A DNA stretch of 62,608 bases from Stramenopiles sp. TOSAG23-3 (lineage: Eukaryota), in the NCBI GenBank assembly GCA_900128585.1, contig LT642153.1, positions 1 to 62,608 on the forward strand, written 5' to 3'. Under the pieces are notes generated by a model. It was not told where the DNA came from, searched no databases, and saw nothing but the letters and a program-made list of their open reading frames with translations. Shown piece after piece: positions 32,689-43,064 of the stretch (its first letter is position 1; every line of letters begins with the position of its first letter). Made by a program: the position numbers and the translations under genes.

Positions 32689-33774
32689 CTAATACATGAA
32701 TGTAACGCCGTATGCAACCAAAACCAGAATAAAAAACGCATAGCCCAGGTAAACTATACTTTTGGGGTACGGGGAAGAAAGACTTTGGACATCTTGTTTT
32801 GTTAAATGTGACAGCAAGCCAGACGAACTACCATCGCCTGAGCGAGATCCAATCCCCCCCTGCTTTCTGCCATGGGCGTTCGTGTCCTTTCTTCCTGCCT
32901 CGGTGGGGGCCTTCTTCTGTTCCCCTTTTCTATTTCTAGCACGCAGTGAGTCTTCGTTAATAGCTGGAAAAGCTGATTTTTGGCGTTTGGAAGACAACAT
33001 AGAGGGCTTCCTCTTGTCTCCGAAAATGTTTTTTGTTTTGTTTCCTTTCGCTAATGATGATGGGGATTTTTTCTTCGGCTTTTTTTCCAACAGCTTTCGG
33101 CGGGCATCACGCTCCATTTGGTCCAGGCGCTGCTCAGTTGCCAGCATGCTCATTTTCCTGCGCTGCAAGTCCTTCTCCAGCCTTTTTTTCCTCTCTTCAA
33201 GTTTTACCACTTCATTCCTATCTTCGTTTTCTTTACTATCTGCTTCAAATGAAAGCGCCTGTGGTCCGCCGTGCTTTGTATTATAATCTTTCGATATTGG
33301 CGATAATGATACCCGACCTGTTTCAGAAAGAATTTTCTGTGATGTTGGCAGGTTAGGGGACGTGATCTTCGGTTTTTGTCTGTGTAATTGTCTTCCAGGC
33401 GTCGTCCTTCGACTCGGCGAATTTCTCTTTTTCCTTCGGTCAAACGGTTTTTTTTGGGGGATTTTGTCGTCGCTATCCGTCGATGCTTTTACAACCACCT
33501 TCGGCTCCGCCGAGGGGGGCACAGACTCCGCAAGGTCAGTGTTTGTACTCCGTTCCTCCTGTTTATGTGCAACCGAAGTTTCAGTCTTTTCAACCGCACT
33601 GGAGCTGACAACTTTGGAACTGCCCGGTTTCGGGGCAGCGTTTACTATATTTTTCCACTCAGGCATATCCTTTTTGCAAAATGCCATCTTCAATATTGGT
33701 GAAGTTGCCTTCCCGCTTCCCAGACCAACCATAAGGTGTGTCGTCGGCGGAAGTTCCTTTTTATTATCCCCCAT
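32689..33774 (-). CDS. Disordered, basic protein with C-terminal transmembrane anchor
   Basis: Long ORF ending IVYLGYAFFILVLVAYGVTFMY; 5' end uncertain. Confidence 0.7.
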   Translation of the reverse strand: MGDNKKELPPTTHLMVGLGSGKATSPILKMAFCKKDMPEWKNIVNAAPKPGSSKVVSSSAVEKTETSVAHKQEERSTNTDLAESVPPSAEPKVVVKASTDSDDKIPQKKPFDRRKKRNSPSRRTTPGRQLHRQKPKITSPNLPTSQKILSETGRVSLSPISKDYNTKHGGPQALSFEADSKENEDRNEVVKLEERKKRLEKDLQRRKMSMLATEQRLDQMERDARRKLLEKKPKKKSPSSLAKGNKTKNIFGDKRKPSMLSSKRQKSAFPAINEDSLRARNRKGEQKKAPTEAGRKDTNAHGRKQGGIGSRSGDGSSSGLLSHLTKQDVQSLSSPYPKSIVYLGYAFFILVLVAYGVTFMY

Positions 33775-35154
33775 GGGTACTCTAGTTAACCCCTGTGGTC
33801 GACCGGACCGCACAGTATCAATTTTAACAGATGGGCGATGTTCAATCTGGATCTACAAGGAATACTCCCTTTCTCCTTCTGTGAGAACTACTTGAAATAA
33901 AGAAATTAAGAAAGCGAAAGAAAGATAAGATCATTTTAGTGATTCAAGCATAATATAATTTCTTAGAAGAAGGGGGGTCTCGGTGGTCAAAATGTAGTAA
34001 ATAAAAAAAAAAAGAAGAAGAACGACGACGAAGAAGAAAAGAAAAAAAAAAGAAGAAGAAAGAAGAAGAGAAAGAAGAAAGAAGAAGAAGAAAGAAGAAG
34101 AAAACCACCTCTTCTTCTAGGGAGGGAGGTCAATAAATAAAATCATGAAAATATATCTTCTATTTTAAATTATTTATTCTCATGATGATCATACTGTAAA
34201 TAGTAAATATCATCATAAAAATAAAATATTATTATAAAGACAGAAGAAGAGAGAGAGAAGAGGCTTCTACGATAATTGGATAATACAATGTATACGGTGG
34301 TACATCAGAAGAAATGAAAAGTTATTAATAATGAGTATACAAATATTTGTATTTGTATAACATAGGTATATAATCAGCATACAAGTATATTAATATATAA
34401 CTAATCGTCTTACTTTCCTTGTTCCACTAGTGTGTTGTTGGTTGGACTGCTCCTCTTTTATTGAACTTCTGATAAGATCATCTCGAGCTCTAATCTTCGT
34501 AGACGTCTCTACGTATTATTAATAATACGATACATTATAATACCAATTGGTACCTTGGTATTCTACGAGGATATTATTAGTCTTTAAACTGTATACTGAC
34601 TGTACCAACTTCTTTCTCTATTTTTTGAAATTGGTCGATCGACGACGATAAAGAAGGAATCATCTAAAACATACACACTGAATAGCATACGACTATATTA
34701 TATGAAGAATACAAAGTCAGGTATACATAAAAATATAATAATGCTGTGTAATGTATCTTTGTATCTTAGCTTTAGAGACATTTCCCGCCACAACAACAAC
34801 AAAAATAAAAAATTAAATAATAGAAAAGGAAAGGAAAATCTTTATTATTAATTATATCATCATTATCACAGCAGCAAGAAGAAAGAAGAACAACAAGAAG
34901 ACAATAATAGTAAACGAACCCGAGAGGGGAGGGAGGAGCCATATTATTATACACGACAAGCAAAAGATGAAAACCGAAAAAATGACATTGAATTCAAAAG
35001 AAAGTCAACCGATTAAATGGATGAGTTTGATTTCCTCATTATTGATAAGTATTTAAGATAGACCGTGGTTGACCAGCAGGAATAAAAAAAAAGGTTTATA
35101 TCCTTGAAAATACACTGCAAGAGACTACACTCACAATATTTTTAAAGCCCAGGT

Positions 35155-36612
35155 ATGAACGTCGTTACCTCCGCCTCCTCGCTGCCAAACAGACGGGCGC
35201 AATCCAAGCGCAGTGCCACTGTCGAACCGGCCTTGAGCCTCTACCGGTTTCCTCCCAGCCATAATGTCAGCATTGATGAATTTGAGAAACTTGCGATCCA
35301 AAGGTTGCAGCTGCTGAGGACTATCGAAGCCCTTCATTCCAGGAATATTAAGGGAACCGATTTTAAACAGGCCCTGACAAAGGCGCAAAATCTGCTGCTC
35401 CCAATGGGAACGGCTGAAGAGCGTATGGCGGACAATACCTCCCACTTCGTATTGAGACTTGCGTACTGCAAAAGTGAGGACTTGAGGCGCTGGTTTCTCC
35501 AGCATGAATGTGATCTATTCCGCTTTCGGTTTCAACATAACTCTTCCTCTGCACAGATCGATGCATTTATGCGTGAGAACAATTTGGGGTATTCGCCGAT
35601 AACACACGAGGAAAAACGGGCCCTGAGGGAGCCGCTTCGCGCCGTATATTTTGGGAATATGCGTTCTGGGACAGCTGTCTCGAAGATCGAAGACTCGTTC
35701 TCTAGCCTAAAGTACTACAAGGTTCCTTTTTCGGAAGTATTGTCCATGGTGTCCCGAAGACAAGTCTACATACATGATGGTTTTGCGTACGTTCCCCGGG
35801 ACTCTCTTATTACACTCCTGCAAGGCCGCTTTCGAGCATCCCTATCCAAGGAGCTGGCGACTGCATTTCAGGCCTTGCCGCAAATATATGACGACAAACG
35901 AATAGCGCCACTGTTGAGAAACATTAGCAAGCTGTACGTCGGAAAGGATTACAATTCTTCGGCGGCCAAAGGGGAAGTCAAAGCTGGGTCGATCGACGGT
36001 TTGGTCACAGAAGGTGCAATGCCAGCATGCATGAGCGAGCTGCACAATGCCCTCAAGCGCGATCACCACTTGCGCCATGCGGGGAGGATGCAATATGGAC
36101 TGTTCCTCAAGGGCATTGGGCTGTCCCTCGAAGATGCGCTCATATTCTGGCAACGAGAATTTACAAAGAAAGTCACCCTCGAGGTGTTCAATAAACAGTA
36201 TGCGTACAACATTCGCCACAACTACGGTAAAGAAGGGAAACGCGCCGACTACAGTCCTTACTCTTGCCAAAAAATTATATTGGGCGCTGCACCTGGCCAC
36301 GGTGAATTCCACGGCTGCCCCTACAAGGAGTATGATAGCGTTCATTTGACAAATATGCTACGAAAAATGAAGATTGGATCAGGTGACATATCTGATATCG
36401 TAGAGACAGCACAGAGAAAAGATTACCAACTTGCTTGCAGAAAGCAGTTTGAAGCCCGCCACAAACGTATTGGTGACGACGTCGGGAACCACCCCAACGC
36501 ATTTTTTGAGGCCAGTCAAATGGGAAAACAGCCTGGAAGCGGGGACGATGCTGCAAGCAATGGGCACAAAACTGCAGTGCCGAGTGAGAAAGCTGACGGA
36601 TTTGTTGCTTAA
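35155..36612 (+). CDS. PRIM2: DNA primase large subunit
   Basis: SHFVLRLAYC, PACM, HLRHAGRMQYGLFLKGIGL, YNIRHNYGKEG, YSCQKII, HGCPY and NHPNAFF, including the Fe-S cysteines. Confidence 0.97.
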   Translation: MNVVTSASSLPNRRAQSKRSATVEPALSLYRFPPSHNVSIDEFEKLAIQRLQLLRTIEALHSRNIKGTDFKQALTKAQNLLLPMGTAEERMADNTSHFVLRLAYCKSEDLRRWFLQHECDLFRFRFQHNSSSAQIDAFMRENNLGYSPITHEEKRALREPLRAVYFGNMRSGTAVSKIEDSFSSLKYYKVPFSEVLSMVSRRQVYIHDGFAYVPRDSLITLLQGRFRASLSKELATAFQALPQIYDDKRIAPLLRNISKLYVGKDYNSSAAKGEVKAGSIDGLVTEGAMPACMSELHNALKRDHHLRHAGRMQYGLFLKGIGLSLEDALIFWQREFTKKVTLEVFNKQYAYNIRHNYGKEGKRADYSPYSCQKIILGAAPGHGEFHGCPYKEYDSVHLTNMLRKMKIGSGDISDIVETAQRKDYQLACRKQFEARHKRIGDDVGNHPNAFFEASQMGKQPGSGDDAASNGHKTAVPSEKADGFVA

Positions 36613-36923
36613 AAAACTTACAGACTCTCGTGTGTGAAACTGTAAATTATTATTGGATCCCGCGGAAAATGACGAGCGAGACAATTTAAATTTATTTCTT
36701 CATTTTTTTAAAGCATTTTAAATGTGAAAAATGTATACATGCTTGAGTGCTATATTTTACGAATTCAGCTTTATTTTTTTAAAAACAAATTATAAAAAAA
36801 CTAATGATATATAGTATGCTTTAAGCCTCTCATTTTATAAAGCATGAAAGCTTAAGTTTTAAATTTCCAATTTTGATGATTGTCTTGGAACCCCACCCAT
36901 TCCCATGCCAGAAGGGCAGAACA

Positions 36924-37406
36924 TCAACATTGAAAATCGGGGATTTCATCTTCATCAATTAGAAGACCGTGGACCCACCGTTCTGTAGACAGGCCAATTT
37001 TTCTGTTTTTTTCAAGTTCTGTTTTAATCAACTCTTCTCCGCCTTTCCATCCATTGTACTTTTTAAGGTTCTGCGCGCCAAGCAAACGGCAAGCTTTCAA
37101 CTTCAATTCTAACTCGTCCCATGCTGGCAACAAATTTCTGCGGATGTCTGACCAGTGGCCAACACCAAAACGTTCGATTCCACACTTTAATAGTTTAGCT
37201 TCCGCAGCCCCCCAACTCAAATTCTCAGCACTCTTTGGCTTAAAATACAATTTATCAAATCTTCCTAACCCATCAACCATCCCCTTGGGACACATAACGG
37301 TTCTAATTTTGTAAACCCAGTTGGTATCGCGTTCGTACAAGCCTTCACACTTCTCAGCACCGTTCGAGTTTCCTTCGGCAACGTCGCCAGAGATTAAACT
37401 GGTCAT
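36924..37406 (-). CDS. Small Myb/SANT-like domain protein
   Basis: SWGAAEAKLLKCGIERFGVGHWSDIRRNLLP Myb-like tryptophan pattern. Confidence 0.75.
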   Translation of the reverse strand: MTSLISGDVAEGNSNGAEKCEGLYERDTNWVYKIRTVMCPKGMVDGLGRFDKLYFKPKSAENLSWGAAEAKLLKCGIERFGVGHWSDIRRNLLPAWDELELKLKACRLLGAQNLKKYNGWKGGEELIKTELEKNRKIGLSTERWVHGLLIDEDEIPDFQC

Positions 37407-38525
37407 CGGACTTTAGGGGGTTATTGTTACTATCACTTGCCAACTAACTAGAAACGGCAGGTACTAAATTCTACGTGTGTGTCTTTACAGTTATATCGTC
37501 ATATTTATCATGTACTTCTTATCGTTCATATATGAAATTCATGTAATTGCTATCATGATAATGGTTCCAGACGTCTCTTTCGACTAGTTAAACACTCAAG
37601 AAGAAGAAGAAGAAGAAGAACAAGAAGAAGAAGAAGAAGAAGAAGAAGAAAAAAGAAGAAACACAACACAACACACAACACTCAATAGAAGGAAGAGAAA
37701 TAGATGATGATATTATTTTTCATCCTCTTTTTTTATAATTAATACTATCCATATCGTATACTAACCAATTCTGTATCCTATAAAAGGAAGAAGAAAGAAA
37801 AAAGGAAGGCGCGGGAAGCGGGAACGTAACACTATTAATATATTCGATATTTTTTAATAAAAAACTATATAAATATAGGAATACTATAGGGGACGTACAT
37901 ATTATTAGATAGGTTTAGTATTCGGTATAGACTAGTAGAAGTTATTCAAGTACGGTTATAATTATAATGTACTGGGTTCGTACTACTCATAATACTTTTT
38001 TCTTTGAATGCTGCTCTTCTTCTTCTTTGCTTTTATTATTTTACCGGTCGGTACCCTTGGGTGGGCAGCAGCGCTAGCTAGCTGCTTTTTCTTCTGCCAA
38101 AAAAATAATATTATTAATAAAAAATAAAATAATAATAAAAAATAGATAGATTATTATAATAATCTAAATTTTCAAACACAACAACAACTGTTTCAACAGG
38201 AATGAATATAGACCGTAGTGGATAGATAAATAGAAAAAAATCATTATTTTGAATATGGAGAGTCTTTCGATTTTAAATAAAAAAACAACAAACTTGGAGC
38301 TGCGTGCCTTCATGCGTATGTCATTTTTAATTTATTCGAAGGTTTAATTGTTTAACTGCACTTGTACTGTCTGAGTTGTTCGAATACTTGGTTGCTACTT
38401 ACTTAGCAAGTTACAGCGGCAAAAACAAAACTGGGTTCACGAGGGGAGAGTCGTGGTAGACCGGATTGGGCTTTCGTTCAACGCCAAGCGGTAACATATA
38501 GAAAAAAATAACTTAGTTCGTAGCA

Positions 38526-41500
38526 ATGAGTCGGCAGTCGACACCCTTAAAAACGGGGCCAAAGTTCGCCATTGCTGCTTCTTTGACAAAGGGGTTGCCC
38601 AGGAACAGTCATCAAAGTTCGCCCGCAGCCAGATTCAGCGGACAAAAAGGTGAGCGCAAGGCACCGAACAGTCGGAATGGGAGTGCTGGAAGGCAGTCCA
38701 GTGCGCCTAAAAAAATTGAGCCTAGGCAACAACAAGAAAGTGTATATAGTCTGATTAGTTCCCTAGCGAACAAACTTGCAAGAGCAGACATCGACGACCC
38801 GTTTGACTTTGAACGGTCAAGTTTCGTGCTCCAGCGACAGAAAAAGATATTCAAACGGCTCTTTGACACTCTACTCAACGTTGACGGTAGTTCTCCAAAG
38901 AAAATTGTCTTAGACCCTTTTGTAAATTGTGACGGGTGCTTGTTTTCCATGAGGCGCAATAATCGCAACATTTCCCGTGCGACAAAGCTTGAGAAGGCCC
39001 TTAAACTTTACTCAAATGACACGGGCCATACATTTAACAAGCCGCTCGCTCTGCGAGTCATTTTTGAATTGAGGTGTATGACTGCGAAGGATAAATTCGC
39101 GCAAAGTGGGAAAGAAATTTCGAACCTTACATTAGGTAGCAAAATATTGAATACTGTAACCAAGGGGTTGACAGGAAAAGCTGTGTATATGTGCAAACCT
39201 TTTAGAGACTTAGAGCGAACCGCTGAAGACCTAGTGTCCGTTAAAGGAATGGAGCAATGGGTCGGGGGCACATCTCATACGACGAAGCACGGCGAAACCG
39301 ACGAATCAAGGACAAGAATGAATGGTAGTGCAGAAACACTGTTTGGGGCATTGTCTCATCGACCGATGTCATCTTTTTCTAGCGCTTTTCTTCGTTTTGA
39401 TTATGCTATACAAATTCCACAGTTGAATTCCCAGGAGGTAAATTTACTAACAAATGTAGAAACGAAAGATATGAATATGTCAGCGTTAAAAACAAAACAA
39501 ACCGTTCAAAAGGATCAACCCCGCCCCAGAACAAATGTCGTAGACCAAGAGGGAAAATTTCCTTCGGAACAGGAAGTCCAAACGCTTGAAAATAATCCAA
39601 TTGATTCTGTAATGAATTGGGAAAATCTAGAAAATAGTGGTCGTGTAAATTGTGCGTCCGCGAAAAGGGGAACTGGTGATTCGCTTGGAAAGTTCCACGG
39701 GTTTTCAAAATTTCGAAACTCCCTGCGCACAAGAAAAGGAAACGGACCGTCGTATTCAACCGACTATAGTCTTCTGGGTAATCAGGCCGGTAAATCCGGT
39801 AGAAATGCCATTGACAAGAAAATTGACCACTCTAGCGACATAACGTGTTTGATGTTGCTCGTGCAAGGGATTCCTTCTCCCAAGTATAAATTCAATATTG
39901 CGGAAGAGCGATTTGTGCCGTGCTCTTCGGGGAAAGTTTCATCAGCTTGTTCGTCTGTTCTAGATGGCTTAACGGCTCCTTGGACGCGCTGCGGTACAAT
40001 GTATCGACGGCTGGAGCGTGGTTTGTCGTATTTTTCCAATGAACAAAACGGCGGTAAAATTATGGCAGCGTTTTCAAGTGCAGTTCTGTCTTACTTTGCG
40101 ACACATTGCGCGTACGCGGTATCTTTGTCCGAAACCATTAGCATTCGTCAAAATCCAAGGGAACCCTACACAAGTGGGGTCCATGTTGTCGAAATAATCT
40201 CGTATATGGAACCATGGATACAGCGCATTTATTGGCTCGCTGATTTATGCTATGTCGATGATTCTGAACTTTCTGAAGATGTTCAACCTGGATTCCGACT
40301 TCCGTACCGGGGAGGTCAATTACTATCGTATATACACGAAGAGCTATCAGCCGAGGCACTTATGTTTGGCCATTCCAATAATTCAAATTTTAACGAGTCC
40401 TCGATCAGACACACGATACTCAAACACCTGTTTGTTCGCTCACTGGCGCCTTGGACTGAGTATTTGTGCACTTGGCTGTTTACTTCCAATGTTCAGCAAA
40501 AGCGCCAGTGCAAAAGCGAATTTTTGATTGAGGCAACTGATAATAATAGTGCTTTTAAGAATGACAATTTTTTTGAACTGCAGTTCAAATTTTTGCGAAA
40601 AAATGAGGTTCCCTCTTTTTTAGACAGTAACATTTGTCGCTGTATTGTCCGTGCCGCAGAGTATCTATATTTACTGAGCATGTGCGACATGAAACAGACG
40701 AGGACATTAATACCTTCGCTCCTTAACAATGCTAGCCAAAGAGGTGCTGTTGGTCTTCAACTCCCCACGCCCGAGGACGTCGTCGCTGCAGGCAACAGTA
40801 ATGTGTTCAAGAATCCCAATGATGGTGCTGATGACGCTGTGGGTAGGGAAGAACTAAAAGCCCCTGGTAGTTTGACTTCAGCCGATAAAATTAGATTGGC
40901 GGCGGCGGAAGACACAACCGAACGGGATTTTTTGGTGGCCGCTGCCTTCGAACGCAAAAGAGTGTATTTACGGAGCCTGAAATCTCAGGCAAGTGAACTC
41001 GATAGGAAGAAAAGAGAGTTGGAGTATGAAAACAATAAATTTGATCTGTTTTTTCTTTCGAAGCTAGCAACCGAGACTCCACGTGCGCTTGGCGGCGGCG
41101 GTGCTTTGCCAGACAACGACAATTTAAAACGTGCTGCAAAATCGTTGCTTCTGGAAAAATATGGCGCCAAAATTCAGGCAGCGGAACTGCGCACAAAACT
41201 GGCAAAGTGGCGAGTGAGGCGGCAGCAATTATTGCCCCGATCGAAGACAGCGTTGAAAAATATGCTTTTGGAAGAGGCAAATAATGAGAGATCCAGACGC
41301 AAGACTGGACAAGTCCACGATAGCAATGTTTTGAGTGACAGGCCTGGCATTCAGGCTGACGACGGAGTGGTCGCATCTTCAAAGCAAGATGAGCAAAGCG
41401 GGGAAGAAAACCGACCCGCTGGCTCTACTCTCCAACACGACACAGAACAATTCGACATAAACCAGTCTGTTGGCGAGAAAATATCCGATGGTCAGCAAGA

Positions 41501-42998
41501 ACGAACTGAAATGGTGCACACCGACGAAGAGAATAATGGTACCGAATCCGATGGGGGTGCCATTTCGCACACAACTGCTGCTAGTGAAGAAGATAGGGGT
41601 GAAGAGCCTGGCCCAAGTAAAAAAACTCTTGCTCAATCCGGTAGTTATCAGATTCCATCAGACGTGGGAGGGAATGTTGTCGCAGCCTTCCCCCAAACTA
41701 ATATTGTCACAAAAAATAAGATAGGTAAAGATGTGCTGGTTAAGGGGGCTAGGTCTCCCATGAAGGAAGTCAATCATGAAGTGAGTCAATCTGAAACCAC
41801 AAGCGAAAAGAGCAACGCCCATATAGGGGGGCTGCCCAAAAAATCGATGCTGGTCGTAGACGTCAAAAAGAATGAGCATACGCCAGACAAATCAGCCAAG
41901 AACTCGCATGATAATAAATACCAAGACATTTCCATTTTCGTTAAACGAATTGTTTTGGACCCAGCACTTCGCCAATGTAAACTTATCAACAAGGCGGCCC
42001 TGAAGTACTTCGTGGAGACCCTGCAGATTAAAAATGTTTTAGTCTGTATCCGCGACTACGTATTGATGAACAAAGGGCATGTGATGCAAGAGTTTGTCGG
42101 AAAAGTTTGGAACGGGATACGTGCCCCTGGCATTTTCCTGGACTGGTCTCTTGAAAGTGTTGTCAACGGGGCGTTTAAGGGCGCTCTCAGCACATTCAAG
42201 GCGGACGAAAATGTTGTTAAAGAGTGTCTCTTTCACAGGGTGTCCCAGAATCCTACCACAACTCGTGAACGTGGTACGGCGTACAGCCCATTTTCTTTGG
42301 ATTATATTTCTCCCGAAATACAGCTGAAATGGCCTTGCAATGTCGTGATTACGAAATCGCATTTGACGTCCCTGGTAGAAGTCAATACTACGTTGATGCG
42401 ACTACAGGTCATGGCCCACATGTTACATCGATCGTGGGTGAGTCTGAAAGTTATCTGCGCAGAGCGACGGAAGCTAGATACTTTTAAAAAGTTACCAAAT
42501 GTGTTTCACATATACCGTAGAGATGCCAGTCAGTTTGTGGACGCGTTTTACAATTATGTGGTGCAATCTGCAGATGTGTCTTGGGTTACGTTATACAGAG
42601 AGCTGGAAGGGGCTAATACAAACGCTGTTGAAGACCTACATGGTTTAATTTTGGCATTTGAAAACTTTACGTGTTCAACATTGGAAAGGACGTTCATTCG
42701 CAACAAAAAAGTGATGAATTGTCTGATAGAAAACTTAAGCACCATTGCTGAATTGTGTGCAATGATAGAAACCTTGTACGTGTCTGTCACGGCGCTTATG
42801 GTATCTTCTACATATGTAAACAACGAAGTGTTAAAGGACAGTGTGTCTCAATTTGACCTGTTCAACCAACAAATGCACCGCTCATTTCAGAAATTCAATC
42901 GTGGGAAGAAGTCCTTGCAGTCTATACTTACGGAACTCAATGCTGGTAGGTCGCAAGAATATTACGGCAGAGAATTGTTACTGAAACTAAGTTTGTAA
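38526..42998 (+). CDS. Gamma-tubulin complex component (Spc97/Spc98 family, GCP6-like)
   Basis: 1490 aa; LLVQGIPS, GGQLLSYIH, PWTEYLCTWLF, VPSFL, IRDYVLMNKG and WPCNVVIT GRIP motifs with a long central insertion. Confidence 0.8.
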   Translation: MSRQSTPLKTGPKFAIAASLTKGLPRNSHQSSPAARFSGQKGERKAPNSRNGSAGRQSSAPKKIEPRQQQESVYSLISSLANKLARADIDDPFDFERSSFVLQRQKKIFKRLFDTLLNVDGSSPKKIVLDPFVNCDGCLFSMRRNNRNISRATKLEKALKLYSNDTGHTFNKPLALRVIFELRCMTAKDKFAQSGKEISNLTLGSKILNTVTKGLTGKAVYMCKPFRDLERTAEDLVSVKGMEQWVGGTSHTTKHGETDESRTRMNGSAETLFGALSHRPMSSFSSAFLRFDYAIQIPQLNSQEVNLLTNVETKDMNMSALKTKQTVQKDQPRPRTNVVDQEGKFPSEQEVQTLENNPIDSVMNWENLENSGRVNCASAKRGTGDSLGKFHGFSKFRNSLRTRKGNGPSYSTDYSLLGNQAGKSGRNAIDKKIDHSSDITCLMLLVQGIPSPKYKFNIAEERFVPCSSGKVSSACSSVLDGLTAPWTRCGTMYRRLERGLSYFSNEQNGGKIMAAFSSAVLSYFATHCAYAVSLSETISIRQNPREPYTSGVHVVEIISYMEPWIQRIYWLADLCYVDDSELSEDVQPGFRLPYRGGQLLSYIHEELSAEALMFGHSNNSNFNESSIRHTILKHLFVRSLAPWTEYLCTWLFTSNVQQKRQCKSEFLIEATDNNSAFKNDNFFELQFKFLRKNEVPSFLDSNICRCIVRAAEYLYLLSMCDMKQTRTLIPSLLNNASQRGAVGLQLPTPEDVVAAGNSNVFKNPNDGADDAVGREELKAPGSLTSADKIRLAAAEDTTERDFLVAAAFERKRVYLRSLKSQASELDRKKRELEYENNKFDLFFLSKLATETPRALGGGGALPDNDNLKRAAKSLLLEKYGAKIQAAELRTKLAKWRVRRQQLLPRSKTALKNMLLEEANNERSRRKTGQVHDSNVLSDRPGIQADDGVVASSKQDEQSGEENRPAGSTLQHDTEQFDINQSVGEKISDGQQERTEMVHTDEENNGTESDGGAISHTTAASEEDRGEEPGPSKKTLAQSGSYQIPSDVGGNVVAAFPQTNIVTKNKIGKDVLVKGARSPMKEVNHEVSQSETTSEKSNAHIGGLPKKSMLVVDVKKNEHTPDKSAKNSHDNKYQDISIFVKRIVLDPALRQCKLINKAALKYFVETLQIKNVLVCIRDYVLMNKGHVMQEFVGKVWNGIRAPGIFLDWSLESVVNGAFKGALSTFKADENVVKECLFHRVSQNPTTTRERGTAYSPFSLDYISPEIQLKWPCNVVITKSHLTSLVEVNTTLMRLQVMAHMLHRSWVSLKVICAERRKLDTFKKLPNVFHIYRRDASQFVDAFYNYVVQSADVSWVTLYRELEGANTNAVEDLHGLILAFENFTCSTLERTFIRNKKVMNCLIENLSTIAELCAMIETLYVSVTALMVSSTYVNNEVLKDSVSQFDLFNQQMHRSFQKFNRGKKSLQSILTELNAGRSQEYYGRELLLKLSL

Positions 42999-43064
42999 AT
43001 TTAATAAAAATGTAAAATCCAAAAAGGAAACACGCCCCTTCGTAAAATAATTAAAATATAATTC

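Noticed and set aside
33774..33860. Acceptor-like AG sites upstream of several ORFs as evidence of trans-splicing
   Set aside because: Seen in only a few genes, expected by chance in pyrimidine-rich leaders, and untestable without transcripts
36850..36930. TGT-TGA-TGT (C-U-C) at the end of the Myb-like gene as possible selenocysteine readthrough
   Set aside because: The domain appears complete before the TGA and no SECIS-like structure was seen downstream
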